Counted from the stretch's first letter, positions 1 to 12,240 are shown. The stretch is DNA of 53,006 bases from Gammaproteobacteria bacterium (GCA_047639625.1 JBLIOG010000003.1:1-53006), one strand, 5' to 3'. The notes: generated by a model from the sequence alone, not told the origin. Translations and numbers: made by a program.

Positions 1-89
1 ACAAATGACGCTGCATTTGTGACTTCCTCTTCCTTTACTCCTAACTGTTCTGCAACAATTTTTTTAACGCGTTCTTCAACAGAGCTCAT
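1..89 (-). CDS. acpP: Acyl carrier protein, N-terminal part (runs off left edge; not in ORF track)
   Basis: Hand translation from ATG at 89: [30 protein letters not shown]; GGAG upstream; follows fabG. Confidence 0.96.
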   Translation of the reverse strand, partial: MSSVEERVKKIVAEQLGVKEEEVTNAASF

Positions 90-344
90 TTTGAGAGATT
101 CTCCAGTTTATAAAATCGGTGGCTAGTAAGCTGCGCTATTGTATTGAAAACTACAGCGAGTTGCCAGAATTCAGTTTATTTATTTTATTCTTAAATATCA
201 ATAGCTTATCATTAAGGTTTGAAAAATTGCAAATATTTAGGCTAGTATCTTACCATATCAACCCGTGATTATTAGACCTTATACCTGCCGCTCAATTCCA
301 TTGTCACTCGATATTGTCCGTTATGAAGAGCACTGGATGTTTTA

Positions 345-1085
345 CTAGGCCATAAACATTCCGCCGTTGACATGAATGGTTTCACCTGAAATATAAGAAG
401 CGCCGGGCGACGCTAGAAATATCACCGCAGATGCTACTTCATCGACGGAACCTAATCGGCCTAGTGGAATCTGCCCTGCTAATGATTGACGTTGTTCTTC
501 TTTTAGTTCGCGCGTCATATCAGTATCAATAAATCCAGGTGCGACAGTATTAACAGTGATGTTCCGCGACCCAATTTCCCGCGCAAGCGATTTGGTAAAC
601 CCTGATAATCCAGCTTTCGCTGCCGCATAATTAGTCTGCCCCGGATTTCCGGTCGATCCTACTACTGAAGAAATGCTAATGATTCGACCTGTTTTTTTCT
701 TCATCATGGGTCGTATTACAGCTTTCGACATACGGAAAACGGAGGTTAAATTAGTATTTATAATATCGTCCCACTGCTCGTCTTTCATCATCATAAGCAA
801 TGTGTCGCGAGTGATTCCCGCGTTATTGATTAAAATATCTGGTGATCCATATTCTTCTGTGATTGTTTTTAAACAAGTTTTAACTGAGTCGCTATTAGCG
901 ACGTCAAGGACAATGCCACGACCACTTGAGCCACAATTCTGAATAGCAGAAGTGATTTTATCAGCACCGGATTGACTGGTAGCCGTTCCGATAACAATCG
1001 CATTTTTTTCAGCAAACGCACGAGCAATTGCCTCACCTATGCCTCGACTGGCTCCAGTTACTAATACAATTTGATCGGAAAACAT
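345..1085 (-). CDS. fabG: 3-oxoacyl-ACP reductase
   Basis: TGASRGIG, NNAGITRD, YAAAK SDR motifs; between fabD and acpP. Confidence 0.97.
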   Translation of the reverse strand: MFSDQIVLVTGASRGIGEAIARAFAEKNAIVIGTATSQSGADKITSAIQNCGSSGRGIVLDVANSDSVKTCLKTITEEYGSPDILINNAGITRDTLLMMMKDEQWDDIINTNLTSVFRMSKAVIRPMMKKKTGRIISISSVVGSTGNPGQTNYAAAKAGLSGFTKSLAREIGSRNITVNTVAPGFIDTDMTRELKEEQRQSLAGQIPLGRLGSVDEVASAVIFLASPGASYISGETIHVNGGMFMA

Positions 1086-2026
1086 TATGGCTCCAAAATT
1101 GATTGTTGAGTTTTAATTAAAGATTCATAATCGTATACAGCAAAGCCCTTTAAGGACTTGTCTATTCGTTTGGTTAGGCCCGCTAGTACCTTTCCAGGAC
1201 CGCACTCAATAATTCTTTCAACGCCCAGACTTTTCATCATCTGGACTGATTCAACCCACCTTACCGGTTGATACAGTTGTTTTTCAAGAATGCCTTTAAT
1301 TTCATCAATAGATTCAGAAACAGCGGCATTTTGATTATGTACAATTGGAAACGCTAGTTTGTTCATTTTTAATTTATTCATGTCCACTGCCAGGTTTTCA
1401 GCAGCCGGTTTCATCAGTGAACAATGGGATGGAACGCTCATTTGTACCGGAAGCACTCTTTTAGCACCTAATTCCTTCGCGGCTTCCATTGCTTCATTTA
1501 CAGCTGACACGTGGCCACCAATGACAACCTGCCCGGGCGCATTAAAATTGGCAGCTTCGACAACGCCTGATACGGATTTCGAACAGGCTTCGATTACCTT
1601 TTCATCGTCAAGTCCCAGTACTACGGCCATTGTGCCCTCACCCGACTTTACGGCTAATTGCATATATTGGCCACGTTTCGAGACCAAATTCACCGCTTCT
1701 TCCAGGCTTAGTGCGCCTGAACAAACTAATGCCGTATATTCGCCAAGACTGTGTCCCGCTAAGAGTACGGGGTTGGGAAAATCAGAATATTCTCGAATGA
1801 CTCTCCAACTGGCTACACCCGCGCACAACATTGCGGGTTGAGTGAATTCAGTTTGGTTCAGTTTGTTCTCGGGATTGTCAGTGACAATTTTTTTAAGGTT
1901 ATATTTGAGTGCATCTGATGCTTCTTCAAATACTTTATCAACCAATTCTTGATGAATGCCCCATTCTGTCATCATAGCTATTGACTGCGATCCCTGTCCA
2001 GGGAATACATATGCAGTTTTAGTCAT
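1085..2026 (-). CDS. fabD: Malonyl-CoA:ACP transacylase
   Basis: FPGQGSQ, GHSLGEY, VPSHC motifs. Confidence 0.97.
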   Translation of the reverse strand: MTKTAYVFPGQGSQSIAMMTEWGIHQELVDKVFEEASDALKYNLKKIVTDNPENKLNQTEFTQPAMLCAGVASWRVIREYSDFPNPVLLAGHSLGEYTALVCSGALSLEEAVNLVSKRGQYMQLAVKSGEGTMAVVLGLDDEKVIEACSKSVSGVVEAANFNAPGQVVIGGHVSAVNEAMEAAKELGAKRVLPVQMSVPSHCSLMKPAAENLAVDMNKLKMNKLAFPIVHNQNAAVSESIDEIKGILEKQLYQPVRWVESVQMMKSLGVERIIECGPGKVLAGLTKRIDKSLKGFAVYDYESLIKTQQSILEP

Positions 2027-2149
2027 ACCGTATCCAGTTACCCAAAAAAGACCCAGATATTATCACAGCTTGTTTTCAAGCCCTATAAGCCTGTTGCGGT
2101 TACTCATAAAAAATGGATAATGTCGCGACTTTAATTGAAAGGTTTGATT

Positions 2150-2368
2150 ATGCCAAAAGGCGACCATATTGAAATGCGTGGAACGGTAAAAGATACGTTA
2201 CCTAATACCATGTTTCGAGTTGAACTAGAAAATGGGCATGTTGTGACAGCCCACATTTCCGGCAAAATGCGCAAGCATTATATTCGGATTTTAACGGGTG
2301 ACAGTGTCACGGTTGAGCTTACACCTTACGACCTATCGAAAGGCAGGATTACCTTTCGAGATCGGTAA
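2150..2368 (+). CDS. infA: Translation initiation factor IF-1
   Basis: [32 protein letters not shown]; ATG at 2150 preferred over TTG at 2135. Confidence 0.98.
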   Translation: MPKGDHIEMRGTVKDTLPNTMFRVELENGHVVTAHISGKMRKHYIRILTGDSVTVELTPYDLSKGRITFRDR

Positions 2369-2380
2369 ATACTTAATACC

Positions 2381-4666
2381 CTAGTTTTTGGACTGTTCTG
2401 GTAAAGCATGTTTTTTCGGTTTTTCAGAAACTCGACAAATAAGCTTATTATCTTTAACGTCAACTTTAACGTTTCCACCATCAGTGAGTTTCCCAAATAG
2501 CAGCTCATCAGCCAGGACCTGCTTTATTTCATCTTGAATAACTCGAGCCATGGGGCGAGCACCCATCATAGGATCATATCCTTTTTCCGCCAACCAGCGC
2601 CGTGCCACATCGGTTATGCTCATGCTGACTTTTCGAGCTTCAAGTTGAGATTCAAGTTCTATCAAAAACTTGTCAACAACATTTAGTATAATGTTGGCGT
2701 CGAGTGCTTTGAACTGAATGGTGGCATCGAGGCGATTTCTAAACTCGGGGGTAAAAACTTTCTTAATCGCTTCACCCGTGTCAAGCGTATGATCCTGGAG
2801 CGTAAAGCCCATTGACGCCCTGCTCATTTGTTCAGCACCTGCATTGGTTGTCATAATCAGCATAGAGTTTCTGAAGTCAGCTTTACGCCCATTACTATCC
2901 GTTAAAGTGCCACTATCCATGACTTGAAGTAGCAAATTAAAAACATCCGGATGAGCTTTTTCAATTTCATCTAACAGGACAATAGAATGAGGGTGTTTGT
3001 TCAGCTCCTCCGTCAATAAGCCACCCTGGTCATAACCGACGTATCCAGGAGGAGCGCCGATTAGTCTCGACACCGTATGTCTTTCCATATATTCCGACAT
3101 ATCGAGCCGAATCAGCTCAATGCCCATTATTCGGGCAATTTGACGGCACACTTCAGTTTTACCAACCCCTGTAGGACCCGCAAACAGGAACGAACCGATT
3201 GGTTTAGATTCGCGTCCGAGTCCAGATCGGGACATCTTAATTGCTGCATCCAAAGCCACAATGGCTTCTTCCTGTCCAAAAATGACCCTTGACAGATTTT
3301 TGCCTAAATTTTTAAGCATATCCAAATCTGTAGTACTCACGGTATTTGGGGGAATTCTCGCTATTTTTGCGACCACGATCTCAATGTCTGAAATACCAAT
3401 CGTCTTCTTTTGCTGCTTTGCCGGTTGTAATCTACGACGAGCACCGGCTTCATCGATTACGTCAATGGCCTTATCGGGTAAATGCCGATCATTAATATAT
3501 CTTGAGGCTAACTCAGTTGCTTTGCGCAGTGCCTGTAAGGTATATTTGACGTTATGGTGCTCTTCAAATCTTGATTTTAAACCCTTCAGAATTTGATAAG
3601 TTTCTTCAAGATTAGGTTCAGGAACATCAATTTTTTGAAAACGCCTGGCTAAAGCCCGATCTTTTTCAAAAATACCTCGAAATTCAGTATAAGTGGTAGA
3701 ACCTATACATTTCATATCACCATTAGCCAATACTGGTTTGATGAGGTTTGATGCATCCATTACGCCGCCAGATGCGGAACCAGCACCTATTATGGTATGT
3801 ATTTCATCAATAAACAGAATGGCACCTTCAGTCTCTTTTAACTGTGTCATGATAGCCTTGAGTCTTTTTTCAAAATCTCCACGATATTTTGTACCCGCTA
3901 CCAGGGCACCCAAGTCTAATGAGTAGATAACAGCGGATTGCAAAATTTCGGGTACTTCTTGTTCGACTATTTTTCGAGCAAGACCTTCGGCAATTGCTGT
4001 CTTACCGACCCCGGCTTCGCCGACTAACAACGGATTGTTTTTTCTCCGTCGACAGAGCGTTTGTATTATTCGTTCAACTTCATGATCCCGACCAATCAAA
4101 GGATCGATTTTGCCGGCCAATGCTAGCTCATTAAGGTTGGTTGAAAATTTTGCTAAAGCGTCGGGTTTTTCATTATCGTCGTCCTGTCCCGGCTCCTGTT
4201 CATGCGTGTATGACTCTTCGTTAGATTCTTCGTCTATTCGAGAAATGCCATGTGACAGGAAATTTGTGACATCGAGTCTCTCGATATTGTGCTTATTTAA
4301 CAGATAAACTGCATGTGAGTCCTGTTCTGAGAAAATGGCCACGAGGACGTTTGCACCCGATACTTCCCCATTACCGGAAGACTGAACATGAAATAATGCT
4401 CTTTGCAGAACCCGTTGAAACCCCAGCGTTGGCTGGGTATCCCTATCTTCATCGACAAGCAACAGTGGTGTGTTTTGATCAACGAACAATTCTAGTTCTA
4501 CACGAAGTAAAGCGGCATCTCCGCCGCAAGCTTCAATCACAGCAACCGCTGCATCATTGCCGGTTAGCATTAACAAGAGATGTTCAACCGTAATAAATTC
4601 GTGACGTTTTTCATTAGCGTCATGAAAAGCTCTATTTAACGATAATTCTAATTCTTTATTTAACAT
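2381..4666 (-). CDS. clpA: ATP-dependent Clp protease ATP-binding subunit ClpA
   Basis: Two AAA modules ([16 protein letters not shown]); 761 aa; directly downstream of clpS. Confidence 0.97.
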   Translation of the reverse strand: MLNKELELSLNRAFHDANEKRHEFITVEHLLLMLTGNDAAVAVIEACGGDAALLRVELELFVDQNTPLLLVDEDRDTQPTLGFQRVLQRALFHVQSSGNGEVSGANVLVAIFSEQDSHAVYLLNKHNIERLDVTNFLSHGISRIDEESNEESYTHEQEPGQDDDNEKPDALAKFSTNLNELALAGKIDPLIGRDHEVERIIQTLCRRRKNNPLLVGEAGVGKTAIAEGLARKIVEQEVPEILQSAVIYSLDLGALVAGTKYRGDFEKRLKAIMTQLKETEGAILFIDEIHTIIGAGSASGGVMDASNLIKPVLANGDMKCIGSTTYTEFRGIFEKDRALARRFQKIDVPEPNLEETYQILKGLKSRFEEHHNVKYTLQALRKATELASRYINDRHLPDKAIDVIDEAGARRRLQPAKQQKKTIGISDIEIVVAKIARIPPNTVSTTDLDMLKNLGKNLSRVIFGQEEAIVALDAAIKMSRSGLGRESKPIGSFLFAGPTGVGKTEVCRQIARIMGIELIRLDMSEYMERHTVSRLIGAPPGYVGYDQGGLLTEELNKHPHSIVLLDEIEKAHPDVFNLLLQVMDSGTLTDSNGRKADFRNSMLIMTTNAGAEQMSRASMGFTLQDHTLDTGEAIKKVFTPEFRNRLDATIQFKALDANIILNVVDKFLIELESQLEARKVSMSITDVARRWLAEKGYDPMMGARPMARVIQDEIKQVLADELLFGKLTDGGNVKVDVKDNKLICRVSEKPKKHALPEQSKN

Positions 4667-4755
4667 TTTTTACCTGATCTATACGATTCAAGATTTATCG
4701 TATTTATAGTCTATCAGACCATTATTTATTGATTCAATCCGAAAAAGCGGACCAT

Positions 4756-5094
4756 TTATTGTTCTTCCATATCACAGAGAAGCGGATGCTTGTTTTCTCT
4801 CGCATAGGAATTGACCTGAGTGACCTTGGTTTCAGCTATATCTTTTGTGAATATGCCACAGATACCTTTTCCTGCCTTGTGAACACTTAACATGATTCTA
4901 GTAGCTTCTTCACGATTATGATTGAAAATCGCCTCCAACACGTGGACCACAAATTCCATGGGTGTGTAGTCATCATTCAACAAGATTACTTTGTAGAGAG
5001 GTGGCTTCTGTAATTGTGGACGTGTCCGTTGAAGTAAAACCGTATCATCGCTATTTTCGTCGGGTTGATCGTTATTATTTGTTATTTTTTTCAT
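4756..5094 (-). CDS. clpS: N-end rule adaptor ClpS
   Basis: [13 protein letters not shown] and HPLLC motifs. Confidence 0.97.
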   Translation of the reverse strand: MKKITNNNDQPDENSDDTVLLQRTRPQLQKPPLYKVILLNDDYTPMEFVVHVLEAIFNHNREEATRIMLSVHKAGKGICGIFTKDIAETKVTQVNSYARENKHPLLCDMEEQ

Positions 5095-5270
5095 AAATGT
5101 AAACTATAGATACAGGCGGACTTGATATTATTCAAGGCCGCGCTATCATTAATTCAGCCCCTATATATGCGAATTATTGTGATTTTTTGATGATTCAACG
5201 ATTGAGTTCATATTAGTAAGCTATCGATTCGGGTCTTTGATAAATTTTGACAAAATAAAGAGGTGATGTC

Positions 5271-5483
5271 ATGACTATCGGTACTGTGAAATGGTTTAGC
5301 AATGTTAAAGGTTATGGTTTTGTCAATACTGAAGAAAATGAAGAACTCGACATCTTTGTTCATTTCTCGGCAATTGAGATGGACGGGTACAAAAAATTAA
5401 CCTCTGGTCAAAAAATAGAATTCGATATCGACGAAGGTCCAAAAGGACTACAAGCTCAGCACATTCGATCAGTCAATAATTGA
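5271..5483 (+). CDS. cspD: Cold-shock domain protein CspD
   Basis: GTVKWFSNVKGYGF and FVHFSAI RNP motifs; divergent from clpS as is usual for cspD. Confidence 0.9.
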   Translation: MTIGTVKWFSNVKGYGFVNTEENEELDIFVHFSAIEMDGYKKLTSGQKIEFDIDEGPKGLQAQHIRSVNN

Positions 5484-5565
5484 CTTTTCGAAACTCTCAT
5501 CTTAACAAAATTGTTTTTACAATGATCTTAGTATAGGCAGATTATTATATTTCAATAGGCATTTT

Positions 5566-5591
5566 AAAGGGACTTCTAACCTCCCTTTTTT
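5566..5591 (+). terminator. Possible intrinsic terminator after cspD
   Basis: AAAGGGA / TCCCTTT stem with 9-nt loop running into a T tract. Confidence 0.45.
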
Positions 5592-5641
5592 ATTACTGCT
5601 GTATAATCCCTGGCTTCCTGATCATGTAACGCGAGAAAATA

Positions 5642-6901
5642 ATGGATCCCCGAAAAATCATTAAACCGGCTCAGGGTGAAAAGATTACCACTAATCTAGA
5701 TCACAGCTTAAATGTGCCCGATAATCCGATTATTCCATTTATTGAGGGGGATGGAATTGGGATAGATATTACGCCAGTGATGATCAAAGTCGTCGATTCA
5801 GCCGTTGAAAAAGGATATTTGGGCGTTCGAAAAATCTCATGGATGGAAATTTTCGCAGGCGAAAAGGCAACCCAAATTTATGGTGATGATCAATGGCTTC
5901 CTAACGAAACCCTGGATGCAATGCGGGATTACATTGTTTCGATAAAAGGGCCTTTGACGACTCCGATAGGTGGCGGCATTCGATCGTTAAATGTATCGAT
6001 TCGCCAACAACTTGATTTATATGCCTGTGTACGCCCAGTTCGTTATTTCGCGGGTATCGAAACACCATTGAAACGTCCCGAAGATACTGAAATGGTTATT
6101 TATAGAGAGAATACCGAAGATATCTATGCCGGTATAGAATGGGAATCCGGATCAGACGAATGTCGGCAAGTCATAGATTTTTTACAAAATCAAATGGGCA
6201 TAACGAGTATCCGATTTCCTGACACGGCGGGTATCGGTGTAAAACCAGTCTCGTCTGAAGGCACCCGAAGACTTGTTCGTAAAGCGTTCCAATATGCTAT
6301 CGATAATGATCGTGAGTCGGTAACCCTGGTTCATAAAGGTAACATAATGAAGTTTACCGAAGGCGCCTTTAGAAACTGGGGCTACGAGCTAGCAAAAGAA
6401 ATACATGGGGCCATCGATATCGGTGCAGGTCCGTGGTGTGAATTCAAAAACCCTAAAACAGGCCGTTTAATTACAGTAAAAGATGTAATCGCAGATAACT
6501 TTTTGCAACAAATATTGCTCAGACCGAAAGAATACGATGTCATCGCCACCTTAAATTTAAATGGTGATTACATTTCCGATGCACTTGCCGCTCAGGTCGG
6601 TGGAATCGGTATAGCCCCGGGTGCCAATATAGCTGATAGCATTGGCGTTTTCGAGGCAACTCATGGAACTGCGCCTAAATACACTGGATTAGACAAAGTT
6701 AACCCCGGGTCAATAATCTTATCGGCTGAAATGATGTTGCGTTACATGGGTTGGCCTGAAGCGGCTGATCTTATAATAAAAGGGATGGAAGGTGCCATTT
6801 CAGCTAAACAGGTTACCTATGACCTTGCGAGAAATGAACCGGATGCAACCGAGCTTAGTACTTCGAAATTTGGCGAGACCGTTATCAGTTATATGTCCTG
6901 A
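5642..6901 (+). CDS. icd: NADP-dependent isocitrate dehydrogenase (dimeric type)
   Basis: [37 protein letters not shown]. Confidence 0.97.
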   Translation: MDPRKIIKPAQGEKITTNLDHSLNVPDNPIIPFIEGDGIGIDITPVMIKVVDSAVEKGYLGVRKISWMEIFAGEKATQIYGDDQWLPNETLDAMRDYIVSIKGPLTTPIGGGIRSLNVSIRQQLDLYACVRPVRYFAGIETPLKRPEDTEMVIYRENTEDIYAGIEWESGSDECRQVIDFLQNQMGITSIRFPDTAGIGVKPVSSEGTRRLVRKAFQYAIDNDRESVTLVHKGNIMKFTEGAFRNWGYELAKEIHGAIDIGAGPWCEFKNPKTGRLITVKDVIADNFLQQILLRPKEYDVIATLNLNGDYISDALAAQVGGIGIAPGANIADSIGVFEATHGTAPKYTGLDKVNPGSIILSAEMMLRYMGWPEAADLIIKGMEGAISAKQVTYDLARNEPDATELSTSKFGETVISYMS

Positions 6902-6938
6902 ACTAAGAACCTTGTCCAGAGATAATGATTAGGAACAA

Positions 6939-7763
6939 TTATTCGATTCGGTGCAACCCAGTTTCTGCCACGATGCGGGCTGCGATTTCTTCCACCGACA
7001 TACTCGACGTATTGATGTAATTTATCTTGTGCCGACAATACATTTCCTCGACGGCTCTTAGCTCATAACGACACTGGTCAACGGACGAATATCGGCTGTT
7101 TGGTTTCCTTTGTTGACGTATATTAACCAACCGGTTGGCATCTATAGTCAATCCGAAAAGCCGATCTTTAAAATCACGGATTGGAACGGGTAATTGACTC
7201 GATTCCATATCTTCTTCAGTGATTGGATAGTTAGCCGCTTTCAGCCCGAACTGTAATGCAAGATATAGACAGGACGGCGTTTTTCCAGTTCGTGAGACAC
7301 CCAGTAAAATTATATCGGACTCATCATAATTGCGGGTTTTTGCGCCGTCATCATGAATTAACGAATAATCAATTGCATTAATTCTAGACTCATAAATCGA
7401 TTGATTTGAGATTCGATGTGATTGGTTGGATTGATTAGCCGAAGGAACTTCGAGAATTTTCTCTAACCGGGGCAAGAAATCACTGAAAGGATCCAGAATT
7501 AAAGCTTTGCTTTGATGGATTATTGCTTTTAATTCAAGATCCGCCATCGTAGAAATAACAATCGGCAATTCATTCGATTCATCGATGCCCTTATCAATTT
7601 CTTTGCAAACTTCTCTAGCCTTTTCAACCGAATTAACAAATGGAATAGTCCTGGTTTTGAATTCAAACCCTGGAAACTGTGCCAGTAAGCTGTGGCCTAA
7701 AGTCTCGGCTGTAATTGCAGTGCCGTTGGATAGAAAAAAAACCTGTCGTTGCATCTTATTCAT
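6939..7763 (-). CDS. ppsR: PEP synthase regulatory protein (kinase/pyrophosphorylase)
   Basis: GTAITAE, HDDG, GVSRTGKTP; divergent from ppsA. Confidence 0.93.
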   Translation of the reverse strand: MNKMQRQVFFLSNGTAITAETLGHSLLAQFPGFEFKTRTIPFVNSVEKAREVCKEIDKGIDESNELPIVISTMADLELKAIIHQSKALILDPFSDFLPRLEKILEVPSANQSNQSHRISNQSIYESRINAIDYSLIHDDGAKTRNYDESDIILLGVSRTGKTPSCLYLALQFGLKAANYPITEEDMESSQLPVPIRDFKDRLFGLTIDANRLVNIRQQRKPNSRYSSVDQCRYELRAVEEMYCRHKINYINTSSMSVEEIAARIVAETGLHRIE

Positions 7764-7909
7764 ACGACAGCATGATATCTAAATAGTGAGTTATTTTCGA
7801 CTTCAATCCTATTTATTAAATTGCCATTAATTCTACAGTTTAGACACTATTTGGCAGGATTGATTATGTTAATATTCCGATCAATTTTAATGGACGATTT
7901 TATAAACTG

Positions 7910-10282
7910 ATGTCAAAAACAATATTACCACTGGATCAGCTTGGCATGAACGATGTGCCTGTCGTTGGCGGAAAAAATGCCTCTTTAGGAGAAATGATTA
8001 GTAACTTGTCAAACCTCGGTGTCACGGTTCCTGGTGGATTCGCGACAACGGCAGCTGCTTTCGATGATTTTCTCGATTCCGCTGGACTTCGCAAACAAAT
8101 CCATGACTTGTTGGATGAACTTGATGCAAATAATGTAAGAGATCTGGCAAAAGTAGGCAAACAAATTCGAAGCTGGATTATAGAATCTGAATTACCCTCC
8201 GATTTTCAACAAGATATCAGGTCTGCTTATTTAGATATGTCGATAAATGGGCATGATGCAACCGTCGCGGTTAGGTCTTCGGCAACAGCAGAAGATTTGC
8301 CCGATGCTTCTTTTGCAGGCCAACAGGAAACTTTTCTTAATATTCGTGGTATCGATCAGGTTCTCCATTCCATAAAACTCGTATTTGCATCACTGTTTAA
8401 TGATCGGGCTATTTCTTACCGGGTTCACCAGGGTTTTGCACATGCCGATGTCTCATTGTCTGCGGGTATCCAGCGAATGGTAAGAAGTGATCTCGCTGCT
8501 AGCGGAGTAATGTTCAGTATTGACACTGAATCAGGGTTCCAGGATGTTGTGTTTATTACCAGTAGTTATGGGTTAGGTGAAACCGTTGTCCAGGGTGCTG
8601 TAAATCCTGATGAATTTTATGTTTATAAGCCAACGCTTAACGTGGCTGAACGGAGCATTCTGAAAAAAACTCGTGGTAGTAAATTAATTCAGATGACCTA
8701 CGCGAACAGCGATAACCCACATGAAGCCATTCAAACAATTGACGTACCTTTAGCGGATCAGTTCAAATTCTCAATTAACGATGAAGAGATTAACGAGTTA
8801 GCAAAAATTGCTGTCACCATCGAAAATCATTATGGACGTCCGATGGATATTGAATGGGCAAAAGATGGTGAAGACGGACGTTTGTATATCGTTCAGGCCA
8901 GACCTGAAACGGTCCAATCGCGCGCTTCTCAAGTGATTGAGAGATTCATACTTGAAGGTAACCCAGAGCCCATTATTGAAGGCAGAGCGGTCGGTAATCG
9001 AATTGGACAGGGCAAAGTCAAGGTCATCAACGATCTCTCTGAAATGGATTCTATTAAAGATGGGGACGTTCTAGTCACTGATATGACTGATCCCGATTGG
9101 GAACCTATTATGAAGCGTGCCTCAGCGATTGTGACTAACCGCGGTGGGCGTACCTGTCATGCTGCGATAATTGCCCGTGAATTAGGAATTCCAGCATTAG
9201 TCGGTACTGGGGACGGCACGAAGATCATTAAGGCAGAGTCTGAAGTTACTGTATCTTGTGCCGAAGGTGATACCGGTTATGTCTATGAAGGTTTAATACC
9301 TTTTGAGCATCAACGCCACGAATTTTCTAACATGCCTGATATTCCTTTGAAGGTTATGATGAACGTCGGTAATCCAGACCGAGCTTTCAGCTTTTCAAGA
9401 TTGCCTCACTCTGGCGTTGGTCTTGCCCGCCTTGAATTCATTATCAACAATATGATCGGCATTCATCCACGGGCTTTACTTGAATACGCTTCAATGAAGC
9501 CTGAATTGCAAAATGAAATCGATTCCAGAATTGCCGGTTACTCCGGGCCAGTCGAATACTTTGTTGAAAAATTGGTTGAAGGCATATCTACCTTAGGCGC
9601 GGCCTTTAGCCCTGAAAAAGTCATAGTTCGACTTAGTGATTTCAAATCAAACGAATATGCTCATCTATTAGGTGGCGACTTATTTGAACCCAAAGAAGAC
9701 AACCCGATGCTCGGCTATCGTGGTGCCTCCAGATATGTAAGCAAAGACTTTAGACCCTGTTTCGATCTGGAATGTCAGGCTGTAAAAATAGTTCGCGAAA
9801 AAATGAATCTTAAAAACATTGAGGTTATGATTCCATTTGTTCGAACACTGACTGAAGCAGAAGCTGTCGTTCGCGTATTAAAAGAGAATGGCCTGGAAAG
9901 AGGTGTCGATGGATTCCGCTTAATCATGATGTGTGAAATACCTTCGAATGTAATACTCGCCGATGAATTCCTTAATTTCTTTGATGGTTTTTCTATTGGC
10001 TCTAATGATCTGACCCAAATGACCCTGGCGGTAGACAGAGATTCGGCATTAGTAGCGGGTTCGTTCGATGAGCGCGATCCAGCCGTAATGGCGTTGTTGA
10101 AAAAGGCAATTGACACCTGTATTGCTCGCGGAAAGTACGTCGGCATTTGTGGGCAAGGACCATCCGACCACCCAGATTTAGCCGTTTGGTTACTGCAACA
10201 GGGTATCCAGAGTATGTCTCTAAATCCTGACACGGTCATAGAAACCTGGTTATTAATGGCACAGCAGAAATTGGACAGTTAA
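7910..10282 (+). CDS. ppsA: Phosphoenolpyruvate synthase
   Basis: [34 protein letters not shown] phospho-His motif. Confidence 0.97.
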   Translation: MSKTILPLDQLGMNDVPVVGGKNASLGEMISNLSNLGVTVPGGFATTAAAFDDFLDSAGLRKQIHDLLDELDANNVRDLAKVGKQIRSWIIESELPSDFQQDIRSAYLDMSINGHDATVAVRSSATAEDLPDASFAGQQETFLNIRGIDQVLHSIKLVFASLFNDRAISYRVHQGFAHADVSLSAGIQRMVRSDLAASGVMFSIDTESGFQDVVFITSSYGLGETVVQGAVNPDEFYVYKPTLNVAERSILKKTRGSKLIQMTYANSDNPHEAIQTIDVPLADQFKFSINDEEINELAKIAVTIENHYGRPMDIEWAKDGEDGRLYIVQARPETVQSRASQVIERFILEGNPEPIIEGRAVGNRIGQGKVKVINDLSEMDSIKDGDVLVTDMTDPDWEPIMKRASAIVTNRGGRTCHAAIIARELGIPALVGTGDGTKIIKAESEVTVSCAEGDTGYVYEGLIPFEHQRHEFSNMPDIPLKVMMNVGNPDRAFSFSRLPHSGVGLARLEFIINNMIGIHPRALLEYASMKPELQNEIDSRIAGYSGPVEYFVEKLVEGISTLGAAFSPEKVIVRLSDFKSNEYAHLLGGDLFEPKEDNPMLGYRGASRYVSKDFRPCFDLECQAVKIVREKMNLKNIEVMIPFVRTLTEAEAVVRVLKENGLERGVDGFRLIMMCEIPSNVILADEFLNFFDGFSIGSNDLTQMTLAVDRDSALVAGSFDERDPAVMALLKKAIDTCIARGKYVGICGQGPSDHPDLAVWLLQQGIQSMSLNPDTVIETWLLMAQQKLDS

Positions 10283-10284
10283 AA

Positions 10285-11226
10285 ATGGCCGATTGGCGAA
10301 CCATCGACAAGGACGTTATTCATATTGATACCCAATATGTGCGATCCAATCTGGCGTCCAATTATTTGATTGGAAGCAATGGCGAATATGCTGTTATAGA
10401 AACAGGCACCTGTCACACTGTTCCCGAAGTCCTCAGTACTATGGCTGATTTGAAAATCGACCCTGGTCAGATCAAATATGTTATTCCGACCCATATCCAT
10501 CTTGATCATGTCGGTGGAGCGGGACTGATGATGGAGAATTTTAAAGAAGCCAGTTTAGTGATACATCCCAGGGGTGCCAGGCACGTCATCAACCCTGAGA
10601 AATTAATCGCTGGATCTATTGCAGTCTATGGTGAGTCTAAATTTCACGAATTGTATGGCGAGTTAAAACCCATTGACGAACAACGAGTGATTGTAGCTGA
10701 TGATCTTCACAGGCTATCTCTGGGATCTCGGGAATTGCTATTTTTGGATACCCCGGGTCACGCTCGGCATCATTTTTGTATTTACGATGAACTGACCCGA
10801 GGTTTTTTTACGGGTGATACTTTTGGTCTTTGTTATCCGGAATTAAAGCACCACCCACATGGCTTAATACCAACCAGTTCTCCCATACATTTCGATCCAG
10901 ATGCCATGTTTAAGTCGATCGATCGATTGTTAGACTATAAGCCAAAAACGATGTACCTGACCCATTTCGACACGATCGACAATCCTCAAAAGCGATCAGA
11001 CTCCTTACGAAGCTGGATCAATAATTATCTCGATATATGCGAAAAAATAAATCCTCAAAACCACGAAGACAGTCCTCGAGTTGAGCAGGAAATCTGGAAT
11101 CTAACTCGGGGAAAGTTCGATGATTCTGGAGTTTCACCTTCATCATTAGAGCGAACTTTGAGTTTAGATCTTCGATTAAGCGCACAGGGGTTAGTGCATT
11201 GGTGGATTAACCAAGATGCCGCCTGA
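10285..11226 (+). CDS. MBL-fold metallo-hydrolase
   Basis: THIHLDHVGG, TPGHARHH, TGDTFG, LTHF metal ligands. Confidence 0.9.
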   Translation: MADWRTIDKDVIHIDTQYVRSNLASNYLIGSNGEYAVIETGTCHTVPEVLSTMADLKIDPGQIKYVIPTHIHLDHVGGAGLMMENFKEASLVIHPRGARHVINPEKLIAGSIAVYGESKFHELYGELKPIDEQRVIVADDLHRLSLGSRELLFLDTPGHARHHFCIYDELTRGFFTGDTFGLCYPELKHHPHGLIPTSSPIHFDPDAMFKSIDRLLDYKPKTMYLTHFDTIDNPQKRSDSLRSWINNYLDICEKINPQNHEDSPRVEQEIWNLTRGKFDDSGVSPSSLERTLSLDLRLSAQGLVHWWINQDAA

Positions 11227-11674
11227 CAGGTGGATGCCAAATACGACAGTAGCAGCCATTTGCAAACGGGAGAATAAATACCTTGTAGTTCGCGAGCTGA
11301 TCAATAATCAGACGGTTATTAATCAGCCGGCAGGTCACCTCGAACAAAATGAGTCTCTGATCGATGCGGTGGTTAGAGAGACTTTAGAAGAGACTGGGTA
11401 TCAATTTACTCCAACGAGTTTGGTGAGTATCTATCGCTATGTATCCGAAGATAATTCTGGTAAAACTTTTCTTCGATACACATTTATAGGCGAAGCTGGG
11501 GCTCGACTTAGTACAAAGCTTGATGCAGGAATAATATCTGCTGATTGGCTGGATTATGATGAACTAGTAGCTCAGAGGAGATTTCATCGAAGTCCTCTTA
11601 TACTGCAAAGTATCGAGGACAGTTTAAGTGGAATGGCTTTTCCGCTTGATATTTTTTCAGCTGAATATAGTTAA
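11216..11674 (+). CDS. nudJ: Nudix hydrolase, NudJ-like
   Basis: NQPAGHLE...RETLEETG Nudix box; RSPLI motif; upstream of mnmA. Confidence 0.85.
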   Translation: MPPDRWMPNTTVAAICKRENKYLVVRELINNQTVINQPAGHLEQNESLIDAVVRETLEETGYQFTPTSLVSIYRYVSEDNSGKTFLRYTFIGEAGARLSTKLDAGIISADWLDYDELVAQRRFHRSPLILQSIEDSLSGMAFPLDIFSAEYS

Positions 11675-11676
11675 GT

Positions 11677-12240
11677 ATGCCCTACTTATTTTTAATCTTT
11701 ATGCTGTGTTCCATATCGATGCCTGCCAAAGCTATATCGAAGTTTGTACATTGTTTTGATTTTGGATGTAAGTCGGTTATCGAGATTGAGTATAGTGAAA
11801 ATCAGTGGCGGGTAATAAAATCACTATTTACCACAACCCAAAATAACTTTGAAGAAAAGCAATCAATCCGCAAAGCAATTGCGCTAATGGAGAGGTTCAG
11901 TGGTCAACTGACCGGCACCCATCGGGATAAAGGTGGTAACTACCCTGGATACGACCTCGAAAAACAACTCGATTGCATTGATGAGTCAACTAATACACTC
12001 CAGTATCTGAGAGCATTAGAAGACTTTGAACTACTTCAATGGCATCGCGTTGTCCCCAAACAACGGCGTATAGTCTGGTTCATATCTCACTGGACTGCTG
12101 TTATCGAAGAGATTGAATCGGGTCAGCGATTTGCAGTCGATTCATGGCATCGTGACAATGGTGAGCCGCCTATTCTACAACCCATGAAAGATTGGCAGAA
12201 AGGCCGAGACTTTCCTTCGGACTTGAACCCGGACACCTAA
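11677..12240 (+). CDS. Exported hypothetical protein with putative Cys-His-Asp (transglutaminase-like) triad
   Basis: Signal peptide; DCIDESTN, HWTAVI, AVDSW motifs; tight operon spacing. Confidence 0.7.
   Translation: MPYLFLIFMLCSISMPAKAISKFVHCFDFGCKSVIEIEYSENQWRVIKSLFTTTQNNFEEKQSIRKAIALMERFSGQLTGTHRDKGGNYPGYDLEKQLDCIDESTNTLQYLRALEDFELLQWHRVVPKQRRIVWFISHWTAVIEEIESGQRFAVDSWHRDNGEPPILQPMKDWQKGRDFPSDLNPDT

Noticed and set aside
7847-7874. Possible dif site (TTATGTTAATA resembles the XerD arm)
   Set aside because: The XerC arm position reads CTATTTGGCAG with no match; it lies in the ppsR/ppsA promoter region.
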